From the NCBI GenBank assembly GCA_963925995.1, contig CAWUVN010000031.1, positions 8,683 to 72,682 on the forward strand: 64,000 nt of DNA, given 5' to 3'. Position 1 is the first letter of the stretch; the number at the start of each line of letters is the position of its first letter. The position numbers and the translations under genes were made by a program. Below are positions 1-9,796 of the stretch, piece by piece. The notes under the pieces are model-generated. The model did no database searches. It was not told the DNA's origin and saw only the letters and a list, made by a program, of their open reading frames with translations. This stretch comes from an uncultured Pseudomonadales bacterium. Lineage in GTDB: Bacteria > Pseudomonadota > Gammaproteobacteria > Pseudomonadales > Porticoccaceae.

Positions 1-51
1 ATTGGCATAGGGAAGCGCGTTAGTGACCAGGATCTGACGTTTTGATGACAT
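1..51 (-). CDS. metG: methionine--tRNA ligase, first 17 codons only (gene runs off the left edge)
   Basis: The reverse complement of 1-51 reads MSSKRQILVTNALPYAN, the conserved class I MetRS N-terminus (ILVT.ALPYAN). It is divergent from mrp/apbC as in E. coli and Pseudomonas. It is absent from the ORF track because it is truncated. Confidence 0.8.
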   Translation of the reverse strand, partial: MSSKRQILVTNALPYAN

Positions 52-184
52 GGTAAGGTTTCTTGTTAAGGCTTTTAATAGCGCGCGATTATAGCGATTT
101 TGCGCTAACTTTTCATAGGCAATTGACCTGAGCCGTTTAAGCGGGCGTAAAACAGGCAGTTAAAAATTTATTTGGAGCTATTTA

Positions 185-988
185 GTGTTGGATCAAGTGA
201 AAAAAATTATTGCAGTGGCCTCAGGGAAAGGCGGCGTAGGCAAATCCACAACTGCGGCTAATCTAGCGCTGGCACTGCAGGCAGAGGGTAAAAAGGTCGG
301 CTTGTTGGATGCTGATATCTATGGCCCCAGTGTTGCCATGATGTTCGGTGTACCCGAGGGTCAGCGCCCGGAGTCCCCAGATGGTAAGTCCTTTACGCCA
401 ATAACTGCCCACGGACTGGAAACTATGTCGATGGGTTATCTGGTTACCGATAAGACACCCATGGCATGGCGTGGCCCAATGGCTGGTGGCGCGCTGCAAC
501 AGATCCTTACCCAGACCAACTGGGGTGAGCTTGATGTGCTGGTGGTGGATATGCCGCCGGGAACCGGGGATATTCAGTTAACTCTGGCGCAAAAAGCCGA
601 AGTGGCTGGCGCAGTGATTGTGACCACGCCGCAAGATATTGCGTTGCTGGATGCCCGAAAAGGTATCGAGATGTTTACCAAAGTAAAAATCCCAGTGCTC
701 GGTATCGTTGAAAATATGGCCGTGCATATCTGCAGCAACTGTGGCCATGAAGACTCAATTTTTGGTACTGGTGGCGGTGAGGTGGTTGCTGGGGAGTACG
801 GCACTCAGCTGCTGGGAAGCCTACCTTTGGATAGAAGTATCCGCGAACGCGGTGATCAGGGTGTTCCATCGGTTGCGGCTGAGCCTGAGGGTAAAATTGC
901 CCAGAGCTACCGTGAGATTGCGCGAAAAGTGCTGGAGCAGTTGGCGAGTGAAGGCAGTGATAGTGGGCCGGAAATCGTTTTTGAGTAG
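185..988 (+). CDS. apbC: Mrp/ApbC-type iron-sulfur cluster carrier ATPase (short 267-aa form)
   Basis: Deviant Walker A motif ASGKGGVGKST and a CSNCGH CxxC motif. The GTG start is preceded by GGAG 7 nt upstream. Confidence 0.9.
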   Translation: MLDQVKKIIAVASGKGGVGKSTTAANLALALQAEGKKVGLLDADIYGPSVAMMFGVPEGQRPESPDGKSFTPITAHGLETMSMGYLVTDKTPMAWRGPMAGGALQQILTQTNWGELDVLVVDMPPGTGDIQLTLAQKAEVAGAVIVTTPQDIALLDARKGIEMFTKVKIPVLGIVENMAVHICSNCGHEDSIFGTGGGEVVAGEYGTQLLGSLPLDRSIRERGDQGVPSVAAEPEGKIAQSYREIARKVLEQLASEGSDSGPEIVFE

Positions 989-997
989 CTATTTTAT

Positions 998-1155
998 GTC
1001 ATCCCGGTAGAGCCCTTTTAAGTCATCCCGGTAGAGCCTTTTTATGTCATCCTGAGCGGAGCCGAAGGATCTGAGCAAACATCAAGAGATTCCTCACATT
1101 CGTTCAGAATGACAGGAGTATGTCATCTCGACAGAGCGCAGCGACGAGGGATTTC
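998..1155. repeat. cluster of five GTCAT-headed palindromic (REP-like) units
   Basis: Units are: gtcatcccggtagagcc twice (998, 1022); gtcatcctgagcggagccgaaggatc (1046); an inverted unit gattcctcacattcgttcagaatgac (1088-1113); and gtcatctcgacagagcgcagcgacgagggat (1122-1152). The cluster lies between convergent genes. Confidence 0.85.
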
Positions 1156-1179
1156 TTCACGAAATATTTATCTGTACAC

Positions 1180-1911
1180 CTATTGCTTTTGTTTTCCCTC
1201 AAACCTGCCTTTATGTAAGTAAAAGATGACCTGTCTAATAACGGTCTCATTGTTCATCATAAACGGATGTGTCGCTGGCACTTCGATATGATCATTCATA
1301 CCTTCTAGCTTGGTTCGCTCAACTGAAACCTTTCCATCATCAACCTCAGGTATAAGTAATGACAGCATCCAATTTATGCTTTTATTGCCCGCGATAATAC
1401 CAACATCAAAATCTGCAGGTCCCAGACTATTCGGGACGCTTAGCTCACTAGTGCCTAGTTGCAAGCCCGCCACCCCGTTTATAAATGTAAATCCAGGCGC
1501 AGCGCCCAATTTGTCAACGACCTCGCTACCTTTATTGGGTGGTCCAAGCATAACGACTCGCTTTAGATTGGGTATTTGCTGCTGACTTAGATATTGCCGA
1601 ACCAGTATTCCTCCGAGAGAGTGGGTGACAAAGTTTACTTCCATATCTTTGCTGCACTCTGCCAGTGCAGGTGTTATTGCTTTCATTGCTAGAATGTCTA
1701 TCGAATGCTCTCTGGATGGATACCCCAAGTTAACGGGATAAAAACCATTCTTTGATAGAGCCTGCTCAAGTTTATCCATTGAGCCACTTGATCTTGCGAG
1801 CCCATGGAGAAGTATTACGCAGGATGAGTTGGCATGTATTGAAACGAGGCTAAATACAATGAATAGAATGGTATATATGCGATATTTAAGTGTCTTGTTC
1901 GATAATGGCAT
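1180..1911 (-). CDS. secreted alpha/beta-fold hydrolase (lipase/esterase-like, COG1075-type)
   Basis: N-terminal signal peptide, an HGL oxyanion-type motif (VILLHGLARS) and the nucleophile elbow THSLGG. AGGTGA lies 8 nt upstream of the ATG at 1911. Confidence 0.75.
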   Translation of the reverse strand: MPLSNKTLKYRIYTILFIVFSLVSIHANSSCVILLHGLARSSGSMDKLEQALSKNGFYPVNLGYPSREHSIDILAMKAITPALAECSKDMEVNFVTHSLGGILVRQYLSQQQIPNLKRVVMLGPPNKGSEVVDKLGAAPGFTFINGVAGLQLGTSELSVPNSLGPADFDVGIIAGNKSINWMLSLLIPEVDDGKVSVERTKLEGMNDHIEVPATHPFMMNNETVIRQVIFYLHKGRFEGKQKQ

Positions 1912-2309
1912 AAGCAGTCACCTGTTGTAACGCATGCTAATAGAACGCCGATTGCGATCATAGGAATAACTCCAATAAGCCCAACTATTAGGGAGGTTAT
2001 ATTGGCGGTTGTTTTTTTTATTTCAAAGCGTTGGCAGACTTGGAAAGTCACTGCTGTCAGAAATATCGGGATGGCCAATGAAATAAAGGCTGAGATAAGT
2101 TTTCCTATAGTGCTTGGGAGATTCCACGCGGCACCAATACCCCAATAAAAAATAACCACAGCCCTAAGCAACAGCGAAGCTGTCAATGAAAACAATAACG
2201 TCTGCTTTATAGTTCTGTCGTACGATTTGCTATTGGCGAAAATTAATAGTGAAGCGCAAGCTAATAATTCTAATAGGAATATTAGCAAGGGGGGAAGTAG
2301 CTGATTCAT
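1815..2309 (-). CDS. hypothetical multi-pass membrane protein
   Basis: Four or five hydrophobic segments, with GAGGGG upstream of the ATG. The 3' end overlaps the downstream hydrolase gene by 97 nt, so the true C-terminus is uncertain. Confidence 0.5.
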   Translation of the reverse strand: MNQLLPPLLIFLLELLACASLLIFANSKSYDRTIKQTLLFSLTASLLLRAVVIFYWGIGAAWNLPSTIGKLISAFISLAIPIFLTAVTFQVCQRFEIKKTTANITSLIVGLIGVIPMIAIGVLLACVTTGDCLCHYRTRHLNIAYIPFYSLYLASFQYMPTHPA

Positions 2310-2336
2310 TAAAGCCCCTCGGGACGAATCTTGAAA

Positions 2337-2840
2337 CTACTCGTTCGTTCTTTTATCCCTAGCTAATGCCAATTGTTGTTTTAATTGCTTGGATATTTCC
2401 CGGATTCTAGGTATTGCAGTTGTGGTAAGGTTTTGACCAATTTGCATTGATTCTTGGGTCAATTTTGGCGTCTTAGCGATGAATGCTTGCCCTGTATCGC
2501 TTTTATAAAAAGCGATTACATCGGAAATTTCTTTTTCGTTAAAATTATTCATATAGATATTTATCATAGGCTCTTTCATTTTTGCCCAGCTCATTTCTTC
2601 ACGCATCACGTTAACCATTTTGGAATAGTATTCATCAAAAATTACTTTTTCTGAAGGTTTTACACCTAACTCTTTAGACATGTTCTGCAGCATGATCTCC
2701 ATTTGAGAATACATGGAATTTATAATGGATGACGTATCCATTAGCTCCAAGAGGTCTTCTACCTGTTCTCTTTTAGAGTCGGTTTCAGCGATTGCGCTAA
2801 CTGAAAAAATAAATAGCATTCCTATTAAAATGTACTTCAT
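2337..2840 (-). CDS. DUF2059-family periplasmic protein
   Basis: Signal peptide plus the typical DUF2059 core (FNEKEISDVIAFYKSDTGQAFIAKTPKL). Confidence 0.7.
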   Translation of the reverse strand: MKYILIGMLFIFSVSAIAETDSKREQVEDLLELMDTSSIINSMYSQMEIMLQNMSKELGVKPSEKVIFDEYYSKMVNVMREEMSWAKMKEPMINIYMNNFNEKEISDVIAFYKSDTGQAFIAKTPKLTQESMQIGQNLTTTAIPRIREISKQLKQQLALARDKRTNE

Positions 2841-3054
2841 AACCTATCCTTGTCTGAGCCCTTAATATTGTATGTGTTGTCGTTCTAAGTTTGTTTGTTA
2901 AGCGTAGATCAGACCTCGTATCTTTACAGAAGGAATAATGCCAAATATCAGGCGTCCACTCGGTTGTGGTTTGCTTTGAATGTTATCCACTGGTAATCTC
3001 AGTTTTTGATCGCTTAGAACGGACTTACTTTAACTTTTACAGGATGTAAAAAAT

Positions 3055-4383
3055 ATGAAGATCAATCTACTTATTACTGTCACTCTTTTCACAGCCCTAG
3101 CCAGCTGCGGCGGAGGTGGCGGCAGCTCAAACCCTCCTTCTACCGGTACCTTTGTCGATAGCCCGGTAATCAATATAGGTTACAGAACTGAAACCCAAAA
3201 TGGCGTGACCAATTCGCGCGGAGAATTTAACTATTTCCCCGGTGAGATGGTGACGTTTTTTATTGGTGATCTGGAATTTCCTTCAGTGTTGGCTGCTGAG
3301 ATTATTACTCCTCTAGATATAGCCGACACCGATGATGTGTTTCATCATATGGTGGTTAATATTATTCGCCTGCTGCAATCGCTGGATAAGGATGGCAATC
3401 CTGATAATGGCATTACCATTACCGATACGGCTAAAAACAATGCTGCGGCATTGGATTTTGATTTGTCTGTAATAGCCTTTCAGACTTTGTCTGAGGTTTC
3501 TTCGCTTCTTGCCAATGGTGGTCAGGATGTTTCCAGATCAGAACTTGTCTCAGTTATAGAGGCGACACTCCACCTTATTCTTAGCTTGGCACTGTCTGAA
3601 GACGTTTTTGGTCCGGCGCCTGACCCTGAAACGTTTTTTATGGGTACTTGGCGAGGGACTCATCCTGATAGAGATTTTGTGTTGCTGAGTTTTTTTGAAG
3701 ATAACAGCTATATTCATGCGGAGGTCGGGGACTTAGGTATTGGTGAAATATCCGGTATGGAGTGGGGAACGGTTTCTTTTGAGGGTCAGGGGTTTTCTCA
3801 AGCGACACAGACATTTGATGGTAATGGTACTGCTGGGTTAAATGGTATCAAAGCTAGTCCACCACTGAGTTGGGTCTTTTTGAGTGGGCCAGCAACTGGT
3901 ATTAGCTCAGATGTACTAGTTTTGGGGCCTTCGGTTATTACAGAACCTGCCGAGGAAGAGTCGGTTGAAGAGGAGCCTGTTCAGGAGTTTGGCCTTGGAG
4001 ACTCAAGATTTGAAAATTCGATTCAATTTCGAAAAATTCTATCTGAAGGTATTCTTGGCACCTGGGTAAGCACAACCACCCCGGCGGAATTATTAACTAT
4101 CAGCTTCTTCGACGACGATACCTATTTCTTCGCCGAAATCGATCGCGATGATCCTTCATTAATGTCAGGTATGGAGCTAGGCACCTATGCCCGCGATGAG
4201 AGTACCGGCTTACTCACGGTCATCCAGACCTTTGATAACAACGGCAGTGCCGGCTTAACCGACTTTGTTGGTATTGGCGCACCCAATGTTTTTGTCGATG
4301 TCTCGGCGGATACCATGACAGTAACCATTGATGAAGATGGCGATACTCAGATTGATGAGACCATAGTCTTTCAGCGGCAGTAG
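3055..4383 (+). CDS. lipoprotein of unknown function with an internal domain duplication
   Basis: Lipobox-like signal LFTALASCGGGGGSS. Two related ~70-aa segments share GTW..SFF.D..Y..AE..SGME.GT..QTFD.NG.AGL. Confidence 0.65.
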   Translation: MKINLLITVTLFTALASCGGGGGSSNPPSTGTFVDSPVINIGYRTETQNGVTNSRGEFNYFPGEMVTFFIGDLEFPSVLAAEIITPLDIADTDDVFHHMVVNIIRLLQSLDKDGNPDNGITITDTAKNNAAALDFDLSVIAFQTLSEVSSLLANGGQDVSRSELVSVIEATLHLILSLALSEDVFGPAPDPETFFMGTWRGTHPDRDFVLLSFFEDNSYIHAEVGDLGIGEISGMEWGTVSFEGQGFSQATQTFDGNGTAGLNGIKASPPLSWVFLSGPATGISSDVLVLGPSVITEPAEEESVEEEPVQEFGLGDSRFENSIQFRKILSEGILGTWVSTTTPAELLTISFFDDDTYFFAEIDRDDPSLMSGMELGTYARDESTGLLTVIQTFDNNGSAGLTDFVGIGAPNVFVDVSADTMTVTIDEDGDTQIDETIVFQRQ

Positions 4384-4490
4384 ACTTCCCCTTGCCCAAC
4401 CTGCGTAAATCGGTATCATACCGGCTGCACTTTTATGAGGCGCAGCCCTATGCTGCGATCTCTCGAAAAAATCAAAAAAGAGAGTAATCA

Positions 4491-5057
4491 ATGAGCATTA
4501 AGTCAGATCACTGGATTCGCCGTATGGCTGAACAACAGCAAATGATTGCACCGTTTGAGGCAGGGCAGGTGCGTTACTCTGGTGATGAGCGGGTGATTTC
4601 TTACGGTACTTCTAGTTACGGCTACGATGTTCGCTGTGCCAATGAGTTCAAGGTTTTTACCAATGTTCACTCGAAGACGGTGGATCCGAAGAACTTTGAT
4701 AATGACTCTTTTGTGGATATGACCGGTGACTACTGCATTATTCCACCAAACTCTTTTGCTCTGGCGCGAACCGTGGAGTACTTCCGTATTCCTCGCTCGG
4801 TGCTAACTATTTGTCTGGGTAAGTCTACTTACGCGCGCTGCGGCATTATTGTTAATGTTACGCCTCTTGAACCTGAGTGGGAGGGACATGTGACTCTGGA
4901 ATTTTCCAATACGACCAATCTTCCGGCTAAAATCTATGCCAATGAGGGCGTTGCTCAGATGCTGTTTTTTGAGTCTGATGAGGTCTGTGAAACATCCTAT
5001 GCTGACCGTGGTGGTAAGTATCAGGGGCAGACAGGCGTTACCCTGCCAAAGACCTAG
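4491..5057 (+). CDS. dcd: dCTP deaminase
   Basis: Full-length match by eye to the Dcd family ([13 protein letters not shown]..., 188 aa). Confidence 0.93.
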   Translation: MSIKSDHWIRRMAEQQQMIAPFEAGQVRYSGDERVISYGTSSYGYDVRCANEFKVFTNVHSKTVDPKNFDNDSFVDMTGDYCIIPPNSFALARTVEYFRIPRSVLTICLGKSTYARCGIIVNVTPLEPEWEGHVTLEFSNTTNLPAKIYANEGVAQMLFFESDEVCETSYADRGGKYQGQTGVTLPKT

Positions 5058-5086
5058 ATAACAGCTTATTTGCGTTATTCAGATAC

Positions 5087-5121
5087 AAAAAAAACCTGGA
5101 ATAATTATCCAGGTTTTTTTT
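5087..5121. terminator. bidirectional intrinsic terminator
   Basis: A-run, then the hairpin acctggaataattatccaggt, then a T-run. It lies between convergent dcd and the DUF3014 gene. Confidence 0.8.
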
Positions 5122-5167
5122 CGATCTCGATTTCTGTCTATGGATTTAGCTTTTAAGGGTTTAGCTC

Positions 5168-6016
5168 TTAAGGGTTTAGAAGTGCCTGTTGTAGAGCATA
5201 GGCCTGTTTCTGCAGATGCTTGGTATTGTTGGGTCCGATTCTAAGCAGCTGCTTTTGCAATGGCGGCAGTGCTTCCAGAGCGGGGTCGGCAAATTTATAA
5301 ACCACGGATTCTCTGGTGAGTTTAATCGGCTCGACAATAATTGGTGCGGCCAAAATTACATCGATGGCTTGAAGAACAATGCCATCCATCTGTCGTGGGT
5401 TGTAGCCCATCTCTGCAAATGCCGCTTCTAATAAGGGTCGCGAGAAGTGAAACATCTTGGCTATCGAGGTCATATCTGTATTGGCAATGGCATTAATAGT
5501 GCGGTTATAGCGCTCGTAGTTTCCGGCATTTAACCAGATGCTGCCATCGCTTTTATGGGTGGTGAATGCTCCCTCTGGTGGGGTTAGGGGGAATATCTTG
5601 GATAACATGACGCCATTGGAGAGGCCGTCGAGATAGCTGGCGCTTCGTCTGACTAGGTCGTCAGCTTTTACCCAGTTTGAAAATTCTTTTTTGCTGTTAA
5701 TTAGCAGTAGGCGTTCACGAACAAAGTCGTCGCTGTTGTCTAGGCCGGGTAGTTCTGGCGGTTTGGAGACCAGATTTTTCTGTGGCTCTGGTTGAGGTTC
5801 GGGCTCTGGTTCCGGCGCACTGGGGATTACCGCTTCTGGTACCACCGGGGCTTGAACCACTGGTTCAACTTGCTGTTCTGGTATTGCGACCAACTCGAGG
5901 TCTTCATCTGGCGTCGACTGTGATTGGTAAATAACCCCAACGACTATAGCGACTGCTATCAATGTGCCAATAATAAGTGCTGGGTTTGAACCAGAGGATT
6001 TGCGTGGGCGATTCAT
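5168..6016 (-). CDS. DUF3014-family membrane-anchored protein
   Basis: N-terminal TM segment and a Pro/Glu-rich linker (PEPEPEPQPEP). The C-terminal domain is typical of DUF3014. There is a 4-nt overlap with the upstream gene. Confidence 0.7.
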   Translation of the reverse strand: MNRPRKSSGSNPALIIGTLIAVAIVVGVIYQSQSTPDEDLELVAIPEQQVEPVVQAPVVPEAVIPSAPEPEPEPQPEPQKNLVSKPPELPGLDNSDDFVRERLLLINSKKEFSNWVKADDLVRRSASYLDGLSNGVMLSKIFPLTPPEGAFTTHKSDGSIWLNAGNYERYNRTINAIANTDMTSIAKMFHFSRPLLEAAFAEMGYNPRQMDGIVLQAIDVILAAPIIVEPIKLTRESVVYKFADPALEALPPLQKQLLRIGPNNTKHLQKQAYALQQALLNP

Positions 6017-6846
6017 AGTTGCTTCTCGTCAGTTTTTGCCAGTGGGGTTAATTGTTTATCGTTTATAACGGCATCGAGCAGTTCCAGATAATGACTGTCT
6101 TTGCCTTTTGATTGTTCTAATTTCACAATCAGGTAGTCCCAGTCACAGGCTAACCAGACGTTGACTTTTTTCTTGTCATCGTCGGTGACTCTTTCAACTT
6201 TAACTGTATTTAACGGGCCGATGGTGGTCTCCAGAATTTGTTTGGAGACCACTCTGTAATCGTACTGCTTCAGTTTACCCCGAGAAATAACCGGGTAGGA
6301 AAAAACTTGTTTGCCGGCGTTAAGGTCACGGCGCAGTTGCAGTCGATGGGTGATCATATCCAGATAGCCAGTTTCAAGATCTAACTGGCTGTTGGCGCTA
6401 CCCTCTTTTATATATTGCACCACACTGTTCTGCCAGTCGAAACTCTGAACTTCCGAGCGGTCTCGGCCAAACACTGAACGTTTGTAGCTGTATTGAGTGG
6501 GACTCAATTGCTGGTCCGGGGTTAAGCTAAAGGTGCTCTGCTCATTAATCTTGCCGATAAAGTTTTTTGCTGAGAGACTTTCGCGATAAACGCCGGGTTC
6601 GATTTCTTCGAGCTTTTGTTCGGCTTGAATATTAAGGCCGCTAAATTTGGCGGAGTAGTTTGCGCGGTAGAGGTTGATCGGTGATTCTGGTTGGCGGCTG
6701 TTTTGACTGCTATCTTGAATAACAGCTTTGCTGGAAAGCTGGTTGCCAAATGCTGAGCTGCCAATAACCAGCAGCAGAGGTAAAAGCAGTTTTGTCAGGC
6801 CCATATTATGTGCAGTTGTTGCAAATATGTTGGACGGTTGGACCAT
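6013..6846 (-). CDS. DUF3108-family protein
   Basis: Signal peptide and DUF3108-like sequence. It sits downstream of purN as in Pseudomonas. Confidence 0.7.
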   Translation of the reverse strand: MVQPSNIFATTAHNMGLTKLLLPLLLVIGSSAFGNQLSSKAVIQDSSQNSRQPESPINLYRANYSAKFSGLNIQAEQKLEEIEPGVYRESLSAKNFIGKINEQSTFSLTPDQQLSPTQYSYKRSVFGRDRSEVQSFDWQNSVVQYIKEGSANSQLDLETGYLDMITHRLQLRRDLNAGKQVFSYPVISRGKLKQYDYRVVSKQILETTIGPLNTVKVERVTDDDKKKVNVWLACDWDYLIVKLEQSKGKDSHYLELLDAVINDKQLTPLAKTDEKQL

Positions 6847-6906
6847 TTTGACCTCGGGATTATTTACTGATGTGGTTAGAGTACCAAATTAATAGAATGT
6901 TCTAAA

Positions 6907-7581
6907 TTAAGTTTTTTCATGTATTTCTATATTAACCCCTTCGACCGGAAGCAGCTGGTTGTCGAAGAGAACATCGCCATCTCTGAGCTCTATGCGCCCC
7001 TGACAAAACCACTCGGCAGCCAGAGGGTAAATCTGATGTTCAAACTCTAATACTCGTGTTGCCAGTGCATCTGCGCTGTCATTTTTCAATACCGGTACCT
7101 GTGCCTGAACAATCGCTGGGCCACCATCGAGTTCTGGTGTTACGAAGTGCACGGTTGCTCCGGCTTCACGGTCACCGGCATCTATTGCGCGCTGATGGGT
7201 GTGTAGGCCGGGATATTTTGGCAGTAGTGAGGGGTGGATGTTCATCAGCTGGCCGAGAAAGCGATTCACAAACTGCGGCGTAAGGATGCGCATAAAGCCC
7301 GCCAGAATAATCAGGTCTGGCGAGAAGCTTTCAATCACATCGCCGAGTGATTGATCAAATTCACCCCGTGATTCGAAGCTATTGTGGTCGAGGGTAATAT
7401 TTGGGATGCCAACGTTAGCGGCTCGTTCGAGACCTTTAACGCCGGCTTTGTTGCTGATAACGGCTGCGACGTCGGCGTTTAATGTGCCGTCGGCGCAGGC
7501 ATCAATAAATGACTGCAGATTGGATCCGCCGCCAGAGATTAATACAACTATTCGTCGCTTGCGCGTCGAGTGATCAGTCAT
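6907..7581 (-). CDS. purN: phosphoribosylglycinamide formyltransferase
   Basis: VVLISGGGSNLQ and NIHPSLLP motifs. TAATG overlap with purM. Confidence 0.93.
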   Translation of the reverse strand: MTDHSTRKRRIVVLISGGGSNLQSFIDACADGTLNADVAAVISNKAGVKGLERAANVGIPNITLDHNSFESRGEFDQSLGDVIESFSPDLIILAGFMRILTPQFVNRFLGQLMNIHPSLLPKYPGLHTHQRAIDAGDREAGATVHFVTPELDGGPAIVQAQVPVLKNDSADALATRVLEFEHQIYPLAAEWFCQGRIELRDGDVLFDNQLLPVEGVNIEIHEKT

Positions 7582-8633
7582 TATTTGAGCCCAACCAGTT
7601 GCACCTGCTCTTCGCCGGCGGCCAATTCAGAGATGCTGCCCAATTCAAATGCAGTCTCTCCGCTGGTAGCTAACATATCTAGCGCTTCTTGCGCTTTGTC
7701 AGCTGGAACACAGATAACCATGCCAACACCACAGTTTAGGGTGCGATGCATTTCGTGCTCGTCAATATTGCCGCCTTTTTGTAACCAGTCAAATACCGCT
7801 GGACGCTTCCAGGCTTGGGTATCTATAACGGCTTTGGCATTGTCTGGCAGAACGCGGGGAATATTTTCCAAGAGTCCGCCGCCGGTAATATGAGCCAGAG
7901 CATTTACCTGAGAGTTTTTAATCAGTTCAAGCAGGGGCTTGACGTAGATGCGTGTGGGTTCCATTAGCAGGTCGATAAGCGGGACACCATTGAGCTGTTC
8001 AACCGCTGGATCAGTGTTGGTAACTTCCAATACTTTGCGGATTAATGAGTAGCCATTGGAGTGAGGACCGCTAGAGGCGAGACCGATCAGCTTGTCGCCG
8101 ACAGCCACTTTAGTACCGTCAATCAGTTCAGATTTCTCTGCAATACCGACACAGAACCCGGCCAGATCGTAGTCTTCGCCTTCGTACATGCCGGGCATCT
8201 CAGCGGTTTCGCCGCCGATCAGAGAACATCCGGAAAGTTCACAGCCATCTGCAATACCGTTAACTACGGCGGCAGCTGTGTCTATCTCGAGCTTGCCGGT
8301 GGCGTAGTAGTCGAGGAAAAACAATGGCTCGGCACCACAGACAATAAGGTCGTTGACGCACATGGCGACCAGATCGATACCGACACTGTCATGTTTGTTG
8401 TGATCCAGTGCGAGGCGCAACTTTGTGCCTACCCCGTCGGTTCCGGAAACCAGTACTGGTTGACTGTAGCCAGTGGGTAATTCGAAGAGTGCGCCAAATC
8501 CACCCAAGCCTGCCATTACTTCTGGTCGACGTGTGCGTTTTGCGGCACCTTTGATTTTTTCGATAAGTGCGTTGCCCGCATCGATATCGACGCCTGCATC
8601 TTTATAGCTTAATGATTTAGTATTTTCTGTCAT
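7581..8633 (-). CDS. purM: phosphoribosylformylglycinamidine cyclo-ligase (AIR synthetase)
   Basis: [15 protein letters not shown]-terminus and 350 aa of full-length PurM similarity. Confidence 0.95.
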   Translation of the reverse strand: MTENTKSLSYKDAGVDIDAGNALIEKIKGAAKRTRRPEVMAGLGGFGALFELPTGYSQPVLVSGTDGVGTKLRLALDHNKHDSVGIDLVAMCVNDLIVCGAEPLFFLDYYATGKLEIDTAAAVVNGIADGCELSGCSLIGGETAEMPGMYEGEDYDLAGFCVGIAEKSELIDGTKVAVGDKLIGLASSGPHSNGYSLIRKVLEVTNTDPAVEQLNGVPLIDLLMEPTRIYVKPLLELIKNSQVNALAHITGGGLLENIPRVLPDNAKAVIDTQAWKRPAVFDWLQKGGNIDEHEMHRTLNCGVGMVICVPADKAQEALDMLATSGETAFELGSISELAAGEEQVQLVGLK

Positions 8634-8731
8634 GGCATTGGCTTCCGTTGTTGACCGGCTATTTTAGATGCAGTGGGCCTACTTTTCATCAAGCACTGAT
8701 ATAATGTTGCAAATTTTTTGGAGAAAAACCG

Positions 8732-9796
8732 TTGAAACGGACATTTATTTTGGTTTTTAGCCTTTTTTGCGCCTATGTGCCGACTGAAGTGACCGCTGAA
8801 GAAGTCTCTGGACTCTATAGTGGACAAGTTTCTGTTGCGGACCAAACAGAGCAATCGCGAAAATCTGGCGTGCGAGATGCCCTTGCTCAGGTGCTGGTTA
8901 AATTAACCGGTAATAGCAATATTATGCAAGTGCCGGGCATTCAGGAAGCAGTGAGCAATACGGATAATTACGTTGCTGGGGTAGGCTATAAAAGTTTACC
9001 TGCCGAGCAGGGCGAGCCAGCAAAAACCAGTTTGCAGGTGAGTTTTTCTCGTCAGGCGATTGATTATTTAATCCGCTCGGCACAGTTGCCGTTATTGCCC
9101 TCTGATCGACCCAAGCTGCTGATTTGGATTGTGCGCGATGATCCCCAGAGCGGTCGCAAGTTTGTCAGTGATCAGACGTTACCTGAATTTACTCAGCAGT
9201 TTGCTGGTCTGATGCAGGATCGCGGTATGCCCTACCGACTGCCGGATTTTGATCTCGAAGATCAGCTGTCGCTTTCGGTAAATGAGGCTTGGGGCCTACA
9301 GGAGAAGGCGATTGAGGCTGCATCCCAGCGCTATCAGGCGGATGGCTGGGTGCTGTTGCGTTTCTTTACCACGGCCACCGGTGAGGCTCGCGGGGCCTGG
9401 ATGTATCAGGTCGGTGATCAGCGCGGCTTTAATGATGTGCGTGCCGAGACCACTGAGTTATTTGTGCCGCTGGCAGTTAATAGTTTGGTTGATAGCCTCT
9501 CGGCGCAGTTCACCTATATACCCCAGACTGATACTAGTGAGTTGGTGGTACAGATCAATCGGGTCGATTCGTTCAGCGATTATCAGGCGGTGCTATCACA
9601 GCTTCAGAAGCTGGAGCTGGTGCAGTCTTTAAATGTATTTGCAGTTAAGGGCGATAAGCTTTTCTTAACTCTGGATATTGAGGGCGGTGTTGATCTGCTC
9701 GAGTCAGCGTTGGCGCGCAGTGGTCGTCTGGAAAACCAGACTTCCCAATCGGCGCGGTTCAGCGGAAATTTAGAATTTGATTGGATTGCCAAGTGA
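8732..9796 (+). CDS. DUF2066-family protein
   Basis: Signal peptide. It lies between purM (divergent) and hda, as in Pseudomonas-type genomes. TTG start. Confidence 0.65.
   Translation: MKRTFILVFSLFCAYVPTEVTAEEVSGLYSGQVSVADQTEQSRKSGVRDALAQVLVKLTGNSNIMQVPGIQEAVSNTDNYVAGVGYKSLPAEQGEPAKTSLQVSFSRQAIDYLIRSAQLPLLPSDRPKLLIWIVRDDPQSGRKFVSDQTLPEFTQQFAGLMQDRGMPYRLPDFDLEDQLSLSVNEAWGLQEKAIEAASQRYQADGWVLLRFFTTATGEARGAWMYQVGDQRGFNDVRAETTELFVPLAVNSLVDSLSAQFTYIPQTDTSELVVQINRVDSFSDYQAVLSQLQKLELVQSLNVFAVKGDKLFLTLDIEGGVDLLESALARSGRLENQTSQSARFSGNLEFDWIAK

Noticed and set aside
8061-8480. 139-aa + strand ORF
   Set aside because: It is antisense to purM, with no independent support.
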